A DNA stretch of 64,000 nt from the human T2T-CHM13v2.0 reference genome, Homo sapiens. The position numbers were made by a program, and so were the translations under genes. Position 1 is the first letter of the stretch, and each line of letters begins with the position of its first letter. Positions 56,301 through 64,000 of this stretch are shown one piece after another. The notes under the pieces are model-generated. The model had not been told where the DNA came from and searched no databases. It saw nothing but the letters and a program-made list of their open reading frames with translations. Where the stretch lies: assembly GCF_009914755.1 (NCBI RefSeq), contig NC_060932.1; one strand, 5' to 3'.

Positions 56301-58379
56301 AAAATCTAGCAAAACAGTGGGCAAAATAAAATCTCTGACTGGTCCACTTAATTTGAATAGAAATCGTCAGTTAGCATCCTGAGAACAGTGTGAATCAGGA
56401 GGAAGAGAGAGGCTGGATTCAATGGGCGAGAAACACACTCAGTAATGACTTATACCTTCAGATGTTTCCAATAAAAAGGGGGTGGTGTTTTCTCTAGACA
56501 GGTCTGGAGTCTGGAGAAGATGACTCAGATTCACAAACTATTTCTCAGCCACTTTTTTTGAAGGCCATGAATCTGAAATGTGAGATTCAGTGTCATTGCA
56601 ATCAAAAAAGAGCCATGTTAGACACATGAAATGCATGTGAGCATGATAAAAGTGAACCAGGTTCTAAAAGAGGGTTTCCTTCACGCATGAAGTTTGCAGC
56701 TATTTTGTGATGAAAATATGTCCAGTGTTTACAATCTAAGCACTTCAAATATGGGCTCATTGAACTGGTTTTAGGACAAATGTCTTGACCTAAAACTTCA
56801 CTGAGAAATGTCATTACTCAAGTCTTCAATTTAGATAAATTAAAAACTTTGACGTATGAGTTCGAAGAAAGGAAAAGAGGGTGAGGACATTAGTATTTAT
56901 GTAGCACTTTCTTCATTCCTGGGAGGCACAGTGTTAGTTCATTTGCACACACGCTTTCATTAGTTCCTATTACAACAGCATGAGGTAGGCATCATAATTG
57001 CCTTTTTATAAAAAGATGGAGAGAGGATAAACAACTTCCTAAAGATTACACAAAGAAAAATTCAAATTCAGGTGTTCTGATTGTGAAACCAGGACTTTTT
57101 CTTTCTTGTCTCAGTTATCTGCAACATGTGTTTTATAAATCAGAGGCTTGGGTGTTATTTAGTAGGATAGCATTGTCGTTCATTTTCTGGAATGACTTTA
57201 GCATGTCAGTCTTCATTCTTCTAAGTTAGAGAAAATTATCATAGCAAATATTATTGAATGACAGAAAATGTGCTAGAAACTTTATATATATAATCTCCTT
57301 TAATCTCTAGCAAGTCTAGGACAAGTTTTAGTCTGTATTTTACAGAGAAAATGGGAATGCACAGCACACTTTGCTCAATAGCACATAGTTTGGAAGTAAC
57401 AGGATCAGGATGTGAGCCCAAGTAATATGAGTCCAGGTCTGTTCCCTCAGCCATTATTCTATGGTTAAATATGCATTCATGCTGTATGCATTTGCTTTAC
57501 AAAACTATTCTGACCATGGTCAGGAATATTCACACTGTCAATGGAATCAATACATAACCTCACTTTTTGTCCACACAACATACTCTGGCTATCTACTTCC
57601 CAAATGATGAGACTCGATCCTGGGAGTGTAGTTGCTTTGCAATTGAGTATCTCATTCTGGCTGATGGGCTGTTATTAAGATCATGAGCCTAGCAGTCAAA
57701 GACAGTGTTCTGCAATGGACTTATTTATATTTGCAGATCAATTATTTTAAAAAATCAAGTATTGCTCTATAGAATTGCACTTGCTGTGAAAGTATAAAAC
57801 AAAGGACTGCAGTGGGTAGCTTGGATGCACATTTGAATGTACTAGACTTGAACCACAAGCATGATTGCCTATAGTAAGGATGAGTAGTGTGCCCTCTTCA
57901 GACCCTTCCTTTACAATAGCAAGCTTATGTGTGACCAACATGAAGCACACTGACGTATAAAGTTCAATTTTAAAAAAAGCAATCTCCCATGCACTTTGAT
58001 GCATTTATCATCATTCTTAAATATTATCATTAATTGCTCAAAGGTTATTACAGTTTTGTTCAAATATGTCAGTCCAACTCATTTGGAGAGTTCATACAGA
58101 TTTTAGTTGTCCCTTCAATCTGCATAAGAGCAAAGAAGGTATATTTCTTCTCCGGCAAAGTCCACAGAGACAATGCAGTCATATAATTACACACTGATAG
58201 TTAAACTTTAGTCTTAGTAATAAGAAGAGTGATGTTCAGTGCTTTAATAGAAAAGAGATAATCTGCTCAAAATGAGTATAGCTAATAGAGGTTCTCTCAA
58301 CTGTTTTTACAGTTTTATTTAAAATATTTTATCTTTTTAATATCTGGATTTGCCTCCAAAGGTAGCCTACAGCTTTTCT

Positions 58380-58696
58380 TTTAAAAAAATACTTTATTTT
58401 ATTATTATTTTTTAAGTGCTGGGGTCCACATGCAGGATGTGCAGGTTTGTTACATAGGTATACGTGTGCCATGGTGGTTTGCTGCACCTATCAACCCATC
58501 ACCTAGGTAGTAAGCTCAGCATGCATTAACACTTTTCCTTAATGCTCTCCCCTAAGTGCCCTCCCTAGACAGGCCCCAATGTGTGTCGTTCCTTTCCCTG
58601 TGTGCATGTGTTCTCATTGTTCAGCTCCCACTGATAAGTGAGAACATGCGGTGTTTGGTTTTCTGTTCCTGCGTTAGTTTGCTGAGGATAATGGGA
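58380..58696 (-). mobile_element. L1PA (about PA8-10) 3' end, ~300 bp
   Basis: 'acatgcaggatgtgcaggtttgttacataggtatacgtgtgccatggtggtttgctgcacc'; TSD agcctacagcttttct (58364) / agcctatagcttttct (58697). Confidence 0.92.
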
Positions 58697-58719
58697 AGCC
58701 TATAGCTTTTCTAGTTCAT

Positions 58720-58884
58720 TTTCTTTCTTTCTTTCTTCCTTTTCTTTTTTTTTTTTTTTCTGACATATTCTCACTGTAGTGCCCAGGTTGATCTTGAACT
58801 CCTGGGTGCAAGGGATCCTCCTGCCTCAGCCTTCCAAAGTGCTGAGATTATAAGTATGAGCCACTGCACCCAACTGCACCCAGC
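58720..58884 (-). mobile_element. FLAM_C-like Alu monomer
   Basis: Poly(T)/TTTC tail then 'gcccaggttgatcttgaactcctggg...gagccactgcaccc'. Confidence 0.8.
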
Positions 58885-61597
58885 CCTCCAGCTCATTTTC
58901 TTTGTCAAAAGAGTCTCAGTGACTGTTCCCCAAAAAGGCCACAGTGTCTTTGGCAGAGGTCCCATAGCCCTTGCCTGGGAAGGGCACTTGGAGGCATAGT
59001 TAGGCATGTGAGGCTAAGTCTGGCCTATGATCATAAGGTACACAGTTCAGAGAAACCCGGAAGCTGGATTTGGAGTGAAGGTAGGTCCAGGAAGTATGAG
59101 GAGTTCCTAAATATTCATTCCCAATGGATATATTCCCATATCCCAATGCACACTGAGTGTTCTTGCACACCAAGGCAAGTCTTAGGACACAAAACGTGGA
59201 GAGATGCCCTGAGCAATGAATGGTCAGTGGCAGGACCGGAGCCATTCAAGTTAGGCCAATGTATTTTAACAAGACTTGCAGGTAAGCCACAGGCTTGTTC
59301 ACGCATTCTTGAATGTAAACATTCCCAAATGTTATTGAACAGAAATTAGACAAGATTTTGTGCTGACATAAGCTATTGTATCACAAATCAAACTTGTACA
59401 TAGCAATTCTCTGTTTTAACCCGAGTGTCTCCTCCCACATTTTTAATGCTGAGATATTTTGTCCTGATCATCGGCCCTCCACTCAGGCGCTCAACTCTAT
59501 GGAATATTTTTCTAATCCTTCTCATAATGCCAACATAAAGAGTTAAAAATTGACAATAAATTATAAGCTAATATGTATGTGTCATAATAAACACAATACA
59601 GAGTGTGGAGGATTTTTGTTTCTTAAATATCATACTTTATTTTGGTGCAATTTTTATAACTTTTAAAACCCTTTCATTGTGTTCCAAAAACTGAGCAACT
59701 ATTAATTAACATAATTGGTTTTGTTTTTCAATTACATGTTTGTGTTTCGTAAGTAACATCATTTTGTCTGCACTTGGACAGGCCCAAGCCCCAAATAGAA
59801 AAGAAAGAGTGTTCAGCCTAGCCTAACCTATGTTCCTGCATGCAGAAGTTCTTCAGGTCTGGGAACAACTTACTGGGTTCAACTTAATGAAGGACAAAGA
59901 TTCCTCAGAAATATGAAATCCATAGATCATAGCAGAACTCCCTTGCAGCTCACATTTTAAGTCCTTCCCCCAAACCTCACACTCTTGTCCAAGAGCTATA
60001 ACAATTAAGAAAAATAAATTAGTAGGCTTACATTATTTTCTACTGAAGTAATGTAGATAAGTGATTGTATTTCGTATCAGAAACTCTGGGATCAAGATCC
60101 ATTCCCCCAGTGATGGAAGTGAGCATGAAAAAGTCATATCATCTCTAAATCGTCACTTCCTAATCAATCAAATAGGGGGCAGGAATACTTTCTCTACCTT
60201 GAATGTCTCACAAGATTGCTCCTTAGAGCCACCAAAATATTATGAAATACAGTAATTCAGTATATTGCAAAGCACAAAGCAAATGTAATAACTAGGGCTG
60301 CCAGGCTTGGGTAAAGAGGGGCTGCAGTCCAACCTGAGGTCGGCTGACAAAACCAACCACTCTGGCATGGCACTGCTTTACTTACTTATTTTTGCTATTC
60401 ACACAAAGGGACTATTTGGATTAACAGAGACCTGGGTGGTATAAAAGAAAACAGAGCTCTGTGAATATTACATAAATATATTTATAATATCATTCAATTA
60501 CATCCATCTCAAAGTACAGAATTTATAATAGGGAAGCCTGGACTCTAGTCCTGGCTTTGCTGGAAATCAACAATTTTAAGTTATTTCCTTAGCTACTTTG
60601 AGCTTCTACTTGCTCATTTGTAGGATGAAGAGGTTACCTTCTCTCTAATCTGGATAATTAAATTAAATTCATATATTTCTTTAATACTCTAAAAATGTAG
60701 ACATGTTCATCATTCAATGGATGCTCTAACTGCATCTGATCTAATTATCTCCCTTATTAAAAAATTCCTGGCAATCTGTAATTGGTTCATAAGAACAACA
60801 AACTATCTTTAAAATCCAGAAAATCTATGTAGTCAGCCACCACAGGGTGCAAATGAGGCCAGGTGTTCTTTATCCATGGCAAAGATCCACACCCACCCTT
60901 TATCTTCTTTCTCCATCACGTTTGGTCTCCAAATTCCCTTACTCATCTCATTCAAAAATTACTTGATGATTATTGTGTAAAAGATAATTGATTTAATTAT
61001 TTTAGCCTAAACCAACAAAGCTAAACATCACATGACAGTACTACCTGCTGGCCTCTCCAAGGGCTGAAGTTTTAAGGCTCTTGATTTAAATTATACTTGC
61101 ACTTAAAACAGTGGCTTCACAGAATCATGAAGAGTGTGGTGACAAGGAGGCTTGGGGAGCATCCAGTTTGTCTTCCTTGTTTGTAGAAAAGGGGCTGGGG
61201 CTCTAAGTAGAGCAGGGACTGGCCCCAGATCACCTCTTCATGAGTGGCAGTGTCTGAGTAAGAAACCAGGATGTAACTTTAGGTACATCGCCTTTCCAAT
61301 GACATCATGATTTGGCTTTGCCAGTCATACCTCTTGCCATTCTCCACCCTGCTCTCTAAGCTCTTGGACCTTCCAAAGCTGCATCTAGTGCCTGGACAAA
61401 CTAAGAACAAGCAGTCCTTCCCCTGGAAGCCCATACACCAGGGCACACAGCTTCATAAACAGATCATGAGTGGGCTTACCAGAATTTCTCCATTTATGCT
61501 AAACTTTCCTCCACCTCAAGGCCTTTACATTGGCTGCTCCCTCTTCCTGGAGTACAATTTCTCTCTCCATAGATTCCCATAGAAGTCTCTTTATCAT

Positions 61598-61882
61598 CCT
61601 TCTCGCCTTCCTCCTTCCTCCCTCCCTCCCTTCCTCCGTCCCTCCTTCCCTCCCTTCCTTTCTTCCTTCCTTCCTTTCTCTCTTCTTTTCTTTTTGACTT
61701 CCTCTCTTCCTCCCACTCTCTTCTTCCCTCCTTCCTTCCTTCCCTTTCTTCCTTCCTTCCTTTCTTCCTCCCCTCCCCTCCCCATTTGTCCCCTCCCCTT
61801 TTCTCCCCTTCTCTCCTCTCCTCCCCTCCCCGTCCATCCCCTCCCCTTTTTTCCCCTTCTCTCCTCTCCTCTTCCTTCCTTG
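61598..61882. repeat. Long CT-rich polypyrimidine low-complexity tract inside an L2
   Basis: CCTT/CCCT/CCCCT runs with internal near-duplicated units. Confidence 0.92.
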
Positions 61883-61884
61883 TT

Positions 61885-62200
61885 CAAATGATGCCAGTTC
61901 TGAGAAGCCTGTATTTATCACCCTATCTGGAATCTTTGATCCCACCATTATTCTCTTCACCGTTACTGTGCTTTAATTTCTTCATAGCACTTATCAGTCT
62001 TCAATATTATATTTACATTGCTCATTTTTTACTTGGTAATTTTCTAATTTTTCCCTCTCAGCATGTAAGTTTCATGAAAATGAGATCTTGTTTCTTGTAT
62101 TTATCACTTCATTCTCATTTCCTATGTAAGTCTGGGATCTAGTAGGTGGTCAATACATATTGCTGGATGGTCAGATGAATGAATGAGTTTATAAATGAGT
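61885..62200 (+). mobile_element. L2 LINE 3' end
   Basis: 'ttcatagcacttatc...agtaggtggtcaatacatattgctggatgg...gaatgaatga'. Confidence 0.75.
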
Positions 62201-63424
62201 TATACGTCTCAGTTTCCAGAGGGTTCTCCTTTTACTCTCTTTCAGCAATGAAGCTTGTTGGTTTTGATGCTTCTAAGAAACTAGATTAGCCTAATTCAAC
62301 CCCAGTTTAACATTTTTTAAATGTCAGCTCTCCTTTCCTCTATTAACACTAAATTATTTTTATTCTTTATGATCTCATCTTACAGGGCAGTCCACTATAG
62401 ATAGTAATAGAATCTCCCAAGTTTCATCTTGGATAGAACAAAAGATTCAGAAGTCAACATGCTGTTAGTATATTTTATTTGTTTCAAACTGGTGGGAAAC
62501 TTAGCTTGTCTTTATTAAGTATTTGTAATTGTAGATACTTTGTTCATATTGTACTGCTGACAAGTATGCTCTGAAGCCAGAACTATAGTTTTTCATGTCT
62601 GTGGAGTTCTCAGCAAGTGGTGTCATGCTAATTACTTTGTCTTCTGTAAGCCCAAAATATTAATGGATAATAGGTTAAGGATCCCAGCGGAAAAATACTG
62701 GCAAGACTTCTTACCTATTATGACATTTTTATTTAGCTCGGTCTTTATTTTCCAATCTACTTTCTTTAGAGTTACTTCATGTAAGAGTTTATTATTCATA
62801 GTAAGAACATTTTTTTTTTCCTGTGGCAGAGAGAGTAGTCTAGAGAGTTCAGTTGATGCAAGGGCAAATTCAAAAGCAATCCAAGTAGACTCTGGCCTCT
62901 GTGTAGAGCCAAATCCATCAAACAGAGGAGATGAGACAGCAAAATGTACTCTTTCATTAGTTTCTACCCACAGAGAGTGGTTTTTAAGGGGGGAGGGAAC
63001 ACTTGGTTGCTTTATAAAAGTGTCTTCTTGTCTCTCCAGGATTTCCTGTTGCCTTGAGGAAAATTTGTTTGTTTGCAGATTAGGTCTATTCTTGTTTTAA
63101 TTTGATAGAAATTTTAAAGTAGGTGTTTTTAAAAAATCCTTTTTAGAGACCTCATTTACTTACACATTCACAAGGCTGGACTCCAAGGCCTTCAAAGAGC
63201 AAAAAGTACACTTAATTATTATTCAGAGTTTATATAGCTCCTAGCATAGTTTCCAGCATATAGTAAGGGCTCTCTAAGTGTTTGTAAGTGAAAGAATGGA
63301 TGAATCAATGTGTGAATAAGTAAATAAAGTAAATTAGTAAATATTTTTCCTACCTGAATATTGATAATAAGAAATTAATAATTCTATTTGCATAATTATT
63401 TGAATGTATCTCAACTCCCTGTCT

Positions 63425-63622
63425 CAATCTAAGAAAATTCTAGAGTTCCCTGTAGATTCCCTTGAGGCCTCTGTTGCAACTGCATCATGGTTCACCTTTT
63501 ATTGCCTAATCCTGCTTCCAGCTTTTCCTTACAGGTGTGGTTCCCAAATGCAGTTCCCAATAAATATCCCGCATGCAAAACTCTCCTGCAGAGTCTGTTT
63601 GCAGGAAATCCAACCTAAGTCA
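63425..63622 (+). mobile_element. ERVL LTR (LTR16/33-like) 3' part
   Basis: 'aataaatatcccgcatgcaaaactc...agagtctgtttgcaggaaatccaacctaagtca'. Confidence 0.6.
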
Positions 63623-64000
63623 TCATTCTGAGACTCAATTTTCTGTTTTTAAAATATGAAAGATCCCATTTATCCTATAAGACTGTTACGAGGATTTAAA
63701 TAAACTGTAGAAAAGAAATGCCATTTTGGGCCTTCAATAAGTGTTAATTTCCTTTTCTTTTTCCTCAAATTGTGTCCACATATGAAATCCTTTGCTGCCA
63801 CAAAATAAGTGGTCAGCACATACTTGTAGCATGAGTAAAAAGTATAAATGTTCCCACGTGTCCTTTTATTAACCTGTGGGGTGATATCATGAGTAAAGGT
63901 CAAGATGCTCAAAGGCCAAGCCATCTCATGTGGATTCTGTAAATGAAACCTGAACGTTTGCATTTAATATCATTTGCTTGCAACAAGTTTGAGTTTCTCC

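Noticed and set aside
61499-62142. G/R/E/K-rich and P/S/L-rich ORFs
   Set aside because: Products of the CT-rich low-complexity tract.

Overview
Human (primate) non-coding DNA. It is AT-rich, CpG-depleted and dense in MIR, L2 and LTR relics, as expected for a gene desert or large intron. A near-consensus AluYa5 points to human origin. I find no credible protein-coding gene, tRNA, rRNA or recognisable small-RNA gene; the listed ORFs come from microsatellites, Alus or chance. The window holds about 8 Alu/FLAM elements, several MaLR/ERV solo LTRs (many with intact 5-bp TSDs), Tigger and MER DNA transposon relics, L1 fragments and microsatellites. The most notable unexplained structure is four short (35-153 bp), non-tandem, direct duplications, each copied from a donor 1-2 kb away. 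One carries a perfect 16-bp fold-back hairpin inside an Alu, consistent with locally templated break-repair insertions. Also notable are a repeat-free, motif-dense enhancer/promoter-like island at about 34.2-34.9 kb and a young AluYa5 whose TSD duplicates a perfect ETS site. I cannot assign the locus from the sequence alone and see no evidence of a novel coding system. Repeat subfamily calls are from memory of consensus sequences and boundaries are approximate unless a TSD is given.
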